Source: Klebsormidium nitens (taxonomy: Eukaryota > Plantae > Klebsormidiophyceae). Taken from it: DNA of 64,000 bases. The stretch spans positions 62,001-126,000 of the forward strand of contig DF236964.1 of the NCBI GenBank assembly GCA_000708835.1, in the 5' to 3' direction. The notes under the pieces are model-generated. The model saw only the letters and a list, made by a program, of their open reading frames with translations, searched no databases and was not told the DNA's origin. The translations under genes were made by a program, and so were the position numbers. Positions 1-16,000 of the stretch are shown here, in pieces; position 1 is the first letter of the stretch; each line of letters opens with the position of its first letter.

Positions 1-87
1 TGTTGTCAAGGTCAAAGAGGTACGTGCAAAAGCACGCATACCCGTTGCACAGCCCCTGTGAGGAAACGCGAAAGGGAGAGCCCTTCA

Positions 88-3734
<3,647 letters not shown>

Positions 3735-4347
3735 GACTGGCGCAGAGTCACGAGCGCCGCTTCAAGAGGTCAGCACAAATGTGCAGGGAGTTGCTCAGGA
3801 AGAAAGCTAAGCCGTAGCAGAACGAAAAGATTGCTACTTTATTTTGAACACTGTGTTTCAACTTTCCCTCATGTTTACAAGAGAGAGAGAATGAGAGGGA
3901 GAGAAAGAAAGGGGAGATTCTCCCAAGATTCCATCTGGTCACGTGCAAGCTTAGCAGAAATTAGAATGTGACTGAGCATTCAAGTTGATGCGCTCGTGCG
4001 CTCGCGCGATCTCGCTGGTCATCAATCCCGCGATAAGTGCGCGCTGTGCACTCGCGCTTCAGATATGAAGCGCCGCAAGACTCGAGTGCGCAGTGCGATC
4101 GAGCGTGCTCGAGCTTCCGCAGCTCATGCACAGCTGTGCCCGGAGAACAGCTATTACTATTAGCCTAGACTCTAGAGCTGGCTAAAGCCTGGAGGAAGGA
4201 CTCAGGTGGGCGCCCATTCCTGATTTCCTACCTATCAGTGTCACAGAGTTTTGAGGTCCAGAGGAGTCGGATACAATCGTGCTGAGCACGCACTTTGCGG
4301 GTTTGGAAATTGGGAGATTGTATTAGGTGCCACCTTTGCTGCACAGC

Positions 4348-7300
4348 ATGGATCCCTTCGCAGGACCACCAGACAAGAGGCGGGCGTTCGATGATGCAGG
4401 GCAATCAAACGGCGTTCAGCGCGATCGGATGTGCAAACGTTACGACACGCCTGAAGGTTGCCCCTTTGGTGATAGGTGTCGATTCAGCCATGGAGCGGAT
4501 GACCCTCGTGAGCACATCTTAGTCTGTTTACAATTTCCAATTATCATGTATCTGGAGCGGTGGCGCTTATCGGAGCTTATTCGCTGTCTTTGGAGCTCGA
4601 CGAGTCCGAGAGATGTTTCTTCCCAGCTGCTTCCCTTTTGCGTTTGGTAATGGCCTTCATGGTTGAATCTTTTACCCTGGCCAAATTTAAGCTGCTGGCT
4701 AGGGTTGGCTTCTGTTGCCATGCATCGCGTGCCACAGCAGGCGCTTTGCACTCCTCAGAACTAGCTGTTAACGATTTGTTCAAGCAATTTGGCGGTACCT
4801 CAAAGTTTTGCATGTTTCTCCGACCCAGGTTTCAAAGGAGCGGCCAACGGTGCCAGTCAGAAGCAGCCTTGCCAAAAGTTTTTCAGGTGAGCTTAATTGC
4901 GGCAGACTTTCCATCCCTGTACATCATATTCTTTGCTGTGTTTCAATGGCTGGTATATTGATTTGCAATTGAGAGTATTGATTTGTTGACTTTGGTGTAA
5001 TGCAACTCTTGCAATATGGTGTAATGCAACTCTTGCAATATGGATTGGTAGACAATGTTTGCAGCTCCTTAGATACCTGTTGACTGTACCTGGCCAAGCT
5101 GCCAGTTTGCATACCAACTTGCGAAGCACTGTCCAAGCTGCTCAGCATCGGCCTTGCATCGTTGAACGAACTCAGGCACTTCTACACCTTATCAATATGC
5201 ACTATCCCCACTCCAGTTGTCTCTGGATTTGGGTGTCGATTGCATGGCACCATCATCAAAACAGCGCATGACTATATGTGTCTGCACTCCCTGTTTTCAC
5301 CACTCTGTCAGCCTTATATATCACCAATCACCAGCCAGACTTCTCACTGTTGTTTCCGATTTTTGAGATCAGGGGTTAGCCATCAGTCCCGACACGTTTC
5401 CTTTTAGCTTGACTTCCCACTGTCCTTCGTTTTTTGCATCTTTTCGAGCTCATTTGTGCAATATCTACCTTAACTAAGCAGAAGCGCTCCCTGTTTTCCA
5501 CCATCGTTGACCCTGAATTTCAACTTTTTTATCCAGCACAAACGGTTGCCCATACGGCGACACGTGTCACTTCACCCACCATGTGAGCGGCCCGCCCCCT
5601 CGGATCATCATCGGCAGCGGCCAGTCGGCGGCGGCCGCCCCCCTTCCTAGTTACAGGGCGCCAGAGCCGGATCAGGGCCAACAAAACATGAAGACGCGCA
5701 TGTGCAGAAACTTCCAGGAGGGGAACTGCACGTGAGTTTCGAGTCCTTTTTGGAACTTTTCGATTGCCATCTTCCAGACCGTGAAGCCTCTGGTTTCGCT
5801 GAAATGCAAACCTGATTTGAGATTGATTCTACATGCATTCAACCATGTATTTGTTGGAAGAACTGAGTCGTTGGGTTGTATGCGGGCAGTCTTTCCATAC
5901 TGACAGTTCCATGCTTTCCCAAGCTTGCTCCTATTGCAGGGGACAGATGAGGGGGGAGGGAATGAGGGGGGGATGAGGGGAAAGAGGGAAGGGAGGGTGG
6001 AGGGGGGATTCACTATCTAACTATCCACGGCGGTGGTAAGATCGAGAGGGAAGTTGGGGTTTCCCATTGCACCGGGAAATCAGCTGATTCCTTCGCTTAC
6101 GATGACTGCTTGCTCCCTTGGCCACCTTATTGCTGCAGAGTAAACGAATCTGACGGATGGTCATTCTATCCTCAGCTTCGGCGACCGGTGCCATTTTGCC
6201 CACGGCAACCAAGAGATGCGCGCCGGCCCCCCCCGCAGCGCACCCCCGTCCGGGTTCACTTCCACGATGGCCCCCGAGGGTTCGGGGGTCAAAGAGTTCC
6301 CCCTCCTGTGGGGAGAATCGGCCACTGACGCGGCGGGTAATGTTACTATGATGGCGACGATCACGTTCCCACAAGAGATGGCGGGTTCGATTATCGGGAA
6401 GGGGGGCCAGAACGTGAGGCAGATCCAAGTTACTTCAGGCGCGAAGGTGGGTGTCAGATTTGTTTAGAGCAGTGTGCAGTTTGTGTGTCTCGTACGAACA
6501 GGCTCCAGTCTCTATGTAAGAGTTTGTCTCTTTCGCTTTATTTGCTCAGCGCACAACCTCCGATGGGTCAAGGAATGAAAGCGGGATAGGTCTTACTGAC
6601 GCCTTTGTGCCTTGTATCTTAGTGATTTGACGACAATTCCCTGGAAGGGGACACGGAAGTGCAAGTTGCAGGTCGTGCTTGGGGGAACAAGCCCTGCCAA
6701 CTTCAAAGTTGCTTGCGAAATCCGAATGCCCTCTTCTGAGATTCAGGTACATGAGAGGGTTAGCGGGAGGCCTCAACCATCGGAATTGGACAGAGAACAC
6801 AGCCTTACCGCCGTCAGAACCATGAGCGTCAGTCAGGGAGGCAAGGAGCTCGAACCTCCCATCTCCTTCCGCAGGTCACTCTCAAGCCCAGTCCCGCTGA
6901 CCCGAACAATCTGAAAGATGTCGACATCGAGGGAACGGGCGCCGCGGTGCAGTCGGCGGCGTCGCTGATCCAGCGCACGCTGGCGGATAAGCTGAACAAC
7001 CCGGGGGGCAGCCGGCCGGGGGCGGGCGCGGCGTCGCCCTTCTTCAAGACGCGGATGTGCGAGAAGTTCATGCAGGGGGCGTGCACGTTCGGGGACAAGT
7101 AAGTTCAAATATCCATATCTTTTCTCTTTTCAGTTCTTATGATTCGACCATCTTAGTAAGTTGAGAGCCCATTGAACGCACTTCGTCACATGCGTTTCCT
7201 GTCGTAATACTGGGTCGACGAGTTCTTGTTTCGGGTTGATGTTCGGAGATACTCTGTGGGTACTTGAGCTTTTGTCGTCGGCCCTTCGTCAATGCCCGTC

Positions 7301-7526
7301 GTGGCTGGACGGACTGAAAAGGCTGCGAAAGAACGTTGAGGCGACGGAGTAAGGTTGTTGATCTAGATTTGGTGTCGGTTTCTTACCCAGGTGCCATTTT
7401 GCCCATGGGCAAGCGGATCTGCGGACAAGGACAGACCAGCCGGCTGCTTATGGGGCCCAGCCAGCTGCTTATGGGGGCCCGCCGCCATATCAGGCGGGTC
7501 CTCCGGGTGGGGTCGCAGCTTACTAA
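4348..7526 (+). CDS. CCCH zinc-finger / KH-domain RNA-binding protein (KHZ1/KHZ2-like, AtC3H36/52 family)
   Basis: Exons 4348-4507, 4829-4886, 5537-5731, 6176-6446, 6875-7098, 7391-7526 join in frame. Four CCCH fingers (CKRYDTPEGCPFGDRCRFSH, CQKFFSTNGCPYGDTCHFTH, CRNFQEGNCTFGDRCHFAH, CEKFMQGACTFGDKCHFAH) and one KH domain (AGSIIGKGGQNVRQI). Confidence 0.92.
4993..5040. repeat. 24-bp perfect tandem duplication in intron 2 of the CCCH-KH gene
   Basis: TGGTGTAATGCAACTCTTGCAATA occurs twice in tandem. Confidence 0.9.
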
Positions 7527-10075
7527 GCTGTCTAACGAAAAGGTGAGCAATTTGCAGAGGTTTTGGAACGAAATTCATCTGACAATCTGTGTATGTGTGC
7601 AGAGGGGGAGCGAAAAGGTGAGTAGCACGCCTTGCGTAACTCTCTATGAGCTATGTCACAGTCTGCCATCAATGTTGCCCAACTACGTTAAAACGATGCA
7701 CTGTCAAGCGCCATCGGTGACTGCTCACCGCAAAAGAAACCCGCTCACACCGTCTTTTCTCTTAACAGAAGGAATATATCGACTAAAGTGCGAAATTCGA
7801 AGGCAAAAGAACCTGCTTGCCGGCAAGATTCGCTGAAATCTATGCTCTGAGGCATGAAAGGCGTCCAAACGTGTAAGGAATCTAGCGAACGTGATAATTG
7901 TTGGCTGGTGAAGATGCGAGGGGCTCCATTTGCTTGGCACATGAGAACGTCAGGTTTGGTTGCATTTGGGGAGACGCTCAATCACAATTGCGTTCTGTAA
8001 ACTGCTAAATGCTCATCACAAGTTTACCGACCTCTTTCAAACTCGCACAAAATCTCCTGGCAATGCGTATCGAAGTAGCAGTTTCCATGGAACCTTCTTG
8101 CCATTATCTCTTTGTTAACAAGGCCGGAGATCTTGTACTGCTTGGTCAAGTATCGGTATTGCTTCTACATGAAGTTTAATTCCTAGTTAGTGGACCATGT
8201 GTTTGGACTAAGCAAGAGACATCTCTTGTACTTGCGTATCACTTTAATCACTCCAAGATTGAGGACTCGGCTTTACAAACGGGTTTCCTGATGCATTCGG
8301 CTAAAAGAATCACTATTCCTTGCAACATGCCGATACACTAGCCATAGTCATTGAGTTGTTGGAAAGTTGTGGGCAAGTTAGTGCAACCCTTTGACATATA
8401 TTCCCGAGCTCCTTTACCCCGGGGTCTACTTCATGCGAATGATCTCGTATCTAATTTTATCTGCCATTATGTAGCTGAGGCTGCGCTTTTACACTGCAAT
8501 CGCCGAGCACCCAAGCTCGTAGTCCCAAGCGTGTGACCCTATGCACTCAATGCGCCATGAGTTCAACTACGGTTATGCATTCCGGGCTACATGGTGGCGC
8601 AGATTCGTCATGTTCATGCATTCAGTCCATATCCGAGCCGGGCGATCGCGGTGTCTTGAGCTGCGTCGCCTTGAAGGCGGTCAGGTTGCACACTCTAGGT
8701 ATTCAGCAGCTCTCATGGTCCGACTCATATGATTGTCAGCCTGACATCCGCAATGATCATCATGATACTCAGCGCACGGTATGCACGATCCAACCTATCT
8801 TCAACGCCGATCGATCCAGGGTCTTCAACTTGAAGCCGAGTGACACGAGATTAGCATATCCGGAATTGACATGTAACAATGAAATTGTCATTAGTTACAA
8901 TTAGGTAGCTGAGCCGGGTAGTGTCGATAGGCAAAGAAGTTTAGGGTCGGATAGTGTACAGTATATAGAAGCATGGGCCATACAACAATCATAAGCATTG
9001 TATATGCAATGAGAAGCCTATGGCCGCGCACTGGCTACGGCGTGTGAAAAGAGACCATCATTGTCATGGCCTTTGCAGGTCCGAATTAAGTTGAATCAAG
9101 ACGAGACGGCCGTATATAAAGCCAGACCTGCCCGCAGAAACATGATCGGATCGTTTGCATGGTAAGGTATATATAGCCTGAGGCTAGACGTTCCGACAAC
9201 ACCCAAACAATTCCCATGTATGCCATGGAAGCCTATGGCCCATGTGGCTACGGCGTTTGAAAAGAGAACACCGTCCGACATGGGTCAATGAGAGCCGCCA
9301 CGTCCGTATGCCACTGAAGCATATATTGCACTACATAGGCTCGAATCAGATTTTGAGAGGAATGATTAAGAACATGTGACCATTAAGCATTCAATTACTG
9401 CAGATCAAACATCTGCGGCAAGCCAAGCTGGCTGGCATGCTCGCATTGGCACAGGCCCGGCTTTCCAGGGACTCTTACAGCAGAGCAGGCTGGATGGACT
9501 CGATCTACTCATATATGTTAGGCATGTGCACCAACACGTATGCACGCGCAACGTTACTACGTATCCAAGATCCGACCACCGCTGAGTCCGGACGTATATA
9601 TGCGGGCCGCCCAGATCAGCCAGAATGCGCGGTCAGCCTGCCACCATGTGCCGCCCACACGCATTTGCCATGACTTGAAGCGGTTGAAGTTGGACTTTCC
9701 TTAATCGAAGCTTCAATCTCTTGCTTGTACGTCGGAATATCGTTCGGCAGAGAGTAAAAAACACTGCTAGCTCTGACTACGGTTGCCGGCGTGAAAACAC
9801 TTGTAAGCCGTATGTACCGCCGTTCGGCCACCGATCAAACATGAAACCGTTCATGCACCTCATACCGTCGTCTGTATCAGACAATTGACTGTCACTACAT
9901 ACATGTGTCCTTTTGTGCTACAATTGGGGCCAATGCAGCTTCAATGTTGGTCTGTAAAAGGTAGGTGCTGGTTCCGCATCGCTCACTAGCGATGAAGACT
10001 TGCACCAGATCCTACTGCCTTAGAACCTACCGGAATGGACCAAACCCTGTCCCGCGGTTTAGTCGGCACGAGCCC

Positions 10076-13000
10076 TTATAAGTTATCGTCCAAAGTATCC
10101 CCAGTCGTTCTCACATGCCCATGCCCTTCAGCCATTACCGGGCTACTGGACCTCTCCAGGAAATCGCTCAGTCTAGTTCCCCCGTGGCCCGACTCCTCGA
10201 GCTCAACCCCACTCGTCAGCGTCGCCAAATTGGTGCGGGATCCCTCGAGTCTCGCGGCAACGAGAGAGGTTAGGTTATTGCGACCGTGACCGGACCCACC
10301 ACTTAACGACCTCACATTTTCCATGCTGTGCCCGGATCCCTCAAACGAATCTCTCCTGCTCATTCGTTTTTGGTCTCCGGATGTCCCGCCCACCGTCGAG
10401 ACAGTCCTCTGTTGGAAAAAGCGAAGAAGCGGCTGAATGGAGATCCATAAACGAAGAATGCAGATCCGTAGACAAAGAGTTGGCACGTCTGGGAATCGAT
10501 GCGAGCAGGTATTGTTGTGTCATGCCCATCTGGAAAGATCTCTCAGACTTGCGCAAGCCCTTTGTCTACTTCGTCGTCTGCTCAATGGAGCTTGAGAGGT
10601 ATATATGGATAGTCGTCCGCAACCGGAAAGACGCAAAGGGTCATCGTAGCAAGAACCACCCATTTGAGCGCCAAGACATACACCCCGATCCTGACGAAGC
10701 CAGCACCGAAGCGATCAGCTAGAACCGAGCTCTCTGTGCAATGCAAACGGCAAGAATCAACAATGTGGCGAAATGTCGGTATGCTTTGCGGACAAAACCG
10801 TCGAGTCTTTGGGGTACAAGTCCAACTGGTTTAGTTGTCGATTCCATTCGAGTAGGCAAAAGAGAAAAAGGCAGCGCAAGTCCTTACCTGCCAGCCCGAC
10901 AGCTTGGCCACCGTGTTGTCCCCCGAGTCCGACACGTGGCGGTGCGAGAAGAAGAAGACGATGACGGTGATGTCGTCATGGAACTCGCGCCGCTTGCCCG
11001 CGCTCATTTGCAGCAGCTCCGAGTAGGGCACCTCGTGCTTCTTGGCCGCGCGCTGGAGGGCCACCTTGACCAGGTGACGTGCGATCTCCTGCGAACGATG
11101 ACGTCAGAACGTGCATGACGTACTCGGTTCTGACGCGTTATGACCTGAGCAATGACAATTTCTGACCCCTCTCACCAAAAAGAAAGAAAGGGATATATAG
11201 ATTGTGCATCTTGGCGGCGCGCTGGAGGGCCGCCTTGACCAGGTGACGTGCGATTTCCTGCAGGACAATGACGTCAGAAGCATTGGTGACGTCATCCTCG
11301 AGCGCTTTCTGATCTTTCCGATCAAGAATGACTTGAAGACAAGTTGAACGGGTGGATCCTTCGAAGGCGCTAACAAGCGCGCTGGAGGGCCACCGTGACC
11401 AGGTGACGTGCGATCTCCTGCCAGAAGATGACGTCAGAAGGTATACGACGTCACATAATTTCGGGTCTGGCAAATCAAATTCGACCTCAGATGACATTGG
11501 ACGAATCTTGATCAGTTGCAACCTCAAGAAGTGCCGCGCGCTGGAGGGCAATGTCCTGCGACCGGATGGCGTCAGTAGGACGACGTATTGGCTGGATTTT
11601 GAGTGCGTCACGAACTTTCACACGCCAGATCAGGTGTCCGCTTCGGTCGCTTCTTGTCGAGTCGTGGCGAGGTTTGCCCTTTGGTCTTGCCGTCCCCCGT
11701 CGCCTTTTGGTCATGCCACTTTAAAACCCTAGTACCCTAAAACCCGTCCATCGGAGTTCGATCTAAAAGCTCTCCGTCGTCGCTCATTCCTGTCATCTTC
11801 CTCCGTACGCCATTCCTTGTTATCCATGATAACCTGTGCCTTTTGAGCGATTCACAAAATGATCTGTCGTGGCAGCCGTTTGATGAGTTTTCCAACGCAC
11901 CTGCCGCGGGTTCGCATTGACGATCGCGACGGCTTCTTGATTGCCGACGTACTCCCACAGCCCGTCTGACGCCAGGATCAGGAACTCGTCCTGAAAGGAA
12001 TGGCGCGACGGTATTTCAGGCAAATCGAATCTCACACCGAAAGTGCACAGGCGTTCCTCAATTTGGGCCAAGCAGGGTCAACTTACAAGCATTGTTCGGT
12101 GCAAGCTTCTTCGGAAGCGAAAGTCCGAACCGGGAGTCACGCTCAGCACGTTCGGGCGACGTAAGGCGGCAGAATCGCGACTAAGGTCGCCCCGCAAGTG
12201 ACCACGTGGGATCACGGCGACCAGAAAAGTGGTACTCCTGCTTCCCTGTCGCCAGAGCATAACCGGGTCACTGCACGCCATCTACCAGATGTGCAAGTCT
12301 TAGATCAGATTCCAAACATCAAGGACTGTCCCAGTACGTTTTGGCAAATGGACGAAGAAGTTGGAAGTAGAGAGCGTATTCACCTCGGGCCGGATCCGCT
12401 GGACCACCATGTGCGGCTTGGCCGTGATGAGTGGCGGTGTGAATCGGCCCGGCACCCGAAAGCGCGGGAAGAGCGGCTGCCGGTTGAACTCGAGGCTCTT
12501 CATGTAACAGTTGCCAAACGCTCGAGTGACCTGCGGGAAACGGTACAGAGTACGCAAATCTGAGTACTGAATCTCGTCCCCCATAATCTTCTTCGAAGGG
12601 TTTATTGGAAGGTTAGGATCTCACGTCTTAGATATGGGGAGTTTGTTGGGGGTTACCAGTGACTTCGTCGAGGTTTCGTTTTAAGTGAACGCGGTCAACC
12701 CGATAAAGGTCCCAGCCTAAAGAAACGGATATACGTTACCGTTTCGAAAAACATGTATGTCAAAAAGAGGCACAAACATCGTAAGATCTCCGATCGTCTT
12801 TGCAGACCTGCACTTGTGCGGACACGTCGGGTGCATATTGAACACACAACTTAAAACTGAGGATCTAGCTTACCAAGGAAGAGATCTAACCGTCGAGAAT
12901 GCGTACTCAGCGTCCGGTCGACGACTGTTTTTGGCAAGCAAGAAAAGCGATTGACGGAGTGCGTGCTTACGGATAAAATAAGGATCGCTTTGATCCTAGA

Positions 13001-16000
13001 AATCGACAAACCTCTTGCACAGCCCGGCCAAAATTCCCTCAGTAGATTGCCCGAAGAGTCCTATCAGGTGATTGAGTAGACTCAACGGAAAGCTTTTATC
13101 ATAACCGGCTCTAACCACCTGAAGCTTGCCCTTGATCCGGAACGTCCCTCGGATCTCGAGGAGGACGTCAGCCTGACCCTGGTGCTCTTCTAGGTACCTG
13201 CGAGGAAGGTTACGGCGTGACGTCAGCGCAACCGCTTTTGACGGTTCGGAACGGATAGAGGAGCTCAGCAGGTCAGGAAATCTACGACAATCCGGGTGTA
13301 GAGATCGGATTCCTTCTGCAACTCGCGAAGCCTCGAAGCTTCGGAGGAAGCGACCAAGGCAAGGAACTCACAACGAAGGTGCATGACTGCGGACGACAAT
13401 GTGCCTCTCGCATCGCCGCTCCACAGTATCTTTCAACAGAGCACCCTCAAGCGTAAGCCCGGAGCCCATCAGAAACAATCAGACGTGCGATTTATATCGA
13501 AAGAATCTCAACGGCTATACCAGCGCGCTCCTCCATGTATTTGGGGTTATGGTCCACGCCTAATTGCACAGCCGTCGGCGGGCCGAGTCCGCCCCGCACG
13601 GCAAGCACCGCCTACCAAAAACCCTGAATCGCAAACCCCAGAAGTCGAAATAGTTTGAGTTCTACGGTGGGAAGAGCTCTCCTTTACCTGGCTCGTTCCT
13701 CAATGTTTTTCAGGTTATGGTCCACGCTTATCTGCAACCCGTCGGCGGCCCAGTCCGCCCGCACGGCAAGCACTGCTCAGCTATAACCCTGAATCTAACC
13801 CTGAAAAAGCTGGAACATTTAAAACTTAAATTGACAGATAGAAGCTATACTTTACCTGGCTCGTTCCTCAATGTTTTTGAGGTTATGATCCACGCTCAAT
13901 TGCACAGCGGTCGGAGGGCCGAGTCCGCTTCGCACGGCAAGCACCGCCCGGCTGTCGCCGCAATTGGCGACGTACAAAGTGGAGCCCGAAACGAGAGCGA
14001 TCACCGCACAGGATCCGACGCACGCCAAATGGGGCGCCTCTTCAAACTCTTGGCGAACTAGAGTGGTGAAATGTTCTTCTGTAGCCTGGAAGGAAAGGAA
14101 AAGGCTTGAGTAGATGAGGAATCTTGGCTTAAACTTTGAGGTTCAGGAAAGCTTTCTGAGACGAGAGCAATCACCGCACAGGATCCGACGGACGCCAAAT
14201 GGGGCGCCTCTTCGAACTCTTGCCGAACTAGAGTGGTGAAATGTTCTTCTGTTGCCTGGAGAGAAAGACGGATGGTTCAACAGGAAAGTATCTCTTGGCG
14301 TAGGGCTTATGGTTCAACAATACTTTCTGAGGGGAGCGCATATACTGCGCGGGAGTCGACGCACGCCAAATGAGGCGCCTCTTCGAACTGCTGGCGAACT
14401 AGAGTGATGAAGTGTTCCTCCGTTGCATGGGAGACGGAAAGCAACAGTTTAGAAACTTGATTTCGTGGTCACCAACTGAAGCTCAGGAATGCTTCCTGAG
14501 ACGACAGCAGTCAACAAGTGTTCCTCTGTCGTTCAGAAGAGAAGGAAGAACGCTTAAGTAAGTGAGGGTTTCTTAGCCTGAGGCTTAAAGGCTAAGAATG
14601 CTTCAAAACGAGCGCAGAAAACTGAACGGGAGATGGCGCACATCAGACGCGGCGCCTCTTCAAACTCGAGTCCTTGTGAATAGAGTGATGAAACGTTATT
14701 CTGTAGTCTGGAGAGAGAAGATTGCTGTGGAAAGTGAGGGTTTCTAGGCCTGATATTCACAAGTGTAGAAACGAGCGCAGCAACTGCGCATGACCGGACG
14801 CACGCGGGCGCCAGATTGTATTCCGGGCGAACTAGAGTAATGCTTTGTTTTTCACCTGCCTGGGAAGAAAGAACGGTCGCATGAGCGAGGGACTCGTGAG
14901 CGATAAGCTCAAGCTCAGAACTACTTCCTGAGAGGAGCGCAAAAAATTGCACACGATCGGAGGCACGCCAGGTGGCGCACTTCTCGAACACTTGGCAAAC
15001 TAGAAGTGCTGATATATATTCCCCTGTGGCCTACATACGAAGAACGAAAGGATTGAGGCGAATCTGAAGCTTCTCATTCTACCTTTAGAAGCATCGTCTT
15101 TGCACTCCTCCTTACTTTTTTCAACAAACCTCAACCGCTTGCACGATGGTCTGTATCAACATTTCCTACAATCCACATGGCCTCCTGAATCTTCCCAATA
15201 CTCTCAGGCTCTTTGTACGTTCCTCCTTCTTCGAAACCTAGACTCACCTCACAAGCTCGCACGATGATCTGTTCTGACAGTCCTCCCCTGGTCAGCATTG
15301 CCTCCTGAATCTTCTCGTTTGAAAACTTCGTCTTTCCACTCCTCCTTAGGATCTTGGACTCACCCTCACACGCTTGCACAATGGTCTGCCCTGACGTCTC
15401 CGTTTGGAACTCTCCCGCTTCTCTTTTCGACATCTTGATTCGAGTTTTCATTCTTTCTCCAAATTCCTGACTTACCTCAAAAGCTCGGACAATAGTCTGT
15501 TCCGACATTCCCCCCATGGTTAGCATTGCCTCCTGGATCTTCGCAAAGAGAGCCGACTCGACGAACGCGGACGCTTCCGGGCCCCCGTGACCGTCGTACA
15601 CGCCCATGAAAACTCCGCTGCTGCTGGTTTCCACCTGGAGTCGAGAATTTTATTTCTCACCTTTCTGGCACTGTAAAACGGTGCCCCTGTTCAAGTCACA
15701 CGAGTTTGATAGTTATGCTGCTTGAACTCTTCTTGCGAAAGTCGTTTGGTTATTATGAGTTGGGTTCTTTGTTGTCAATTCGTTCGTTTCAAGATGAATT
15801 ATATGGCTGAATTGACCGCTTTTTTCACTGTTCTAGTTGAATGCTTTGCGAGGAGTTCCGTGTTGCAGTCGCTTGTACCGGTTCGACTTTGATCCGCTTG
15901 AGTCAAATTAAGATCCTTTAGCATACTTGAACGTCCTGATCTCAAGTAGTCTACTTGCTGGAACAGCGCCTTGGGCAGGGCTCTGGGTTATAAGGTGGAG

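Noticed and set aside
7336-7836. 166-aa ORF in the ORF track
   Set aside because: Out-of-frame overlap with the true last exon (7391-7526) and 3' UTR of the CCCH-KH gene.
11723-11745. Telomere-like CCCTAAAA/AAACCCTA motifs
   Set aside because: Only two short degenerate units inside an intron; not an interstitial telomere array.
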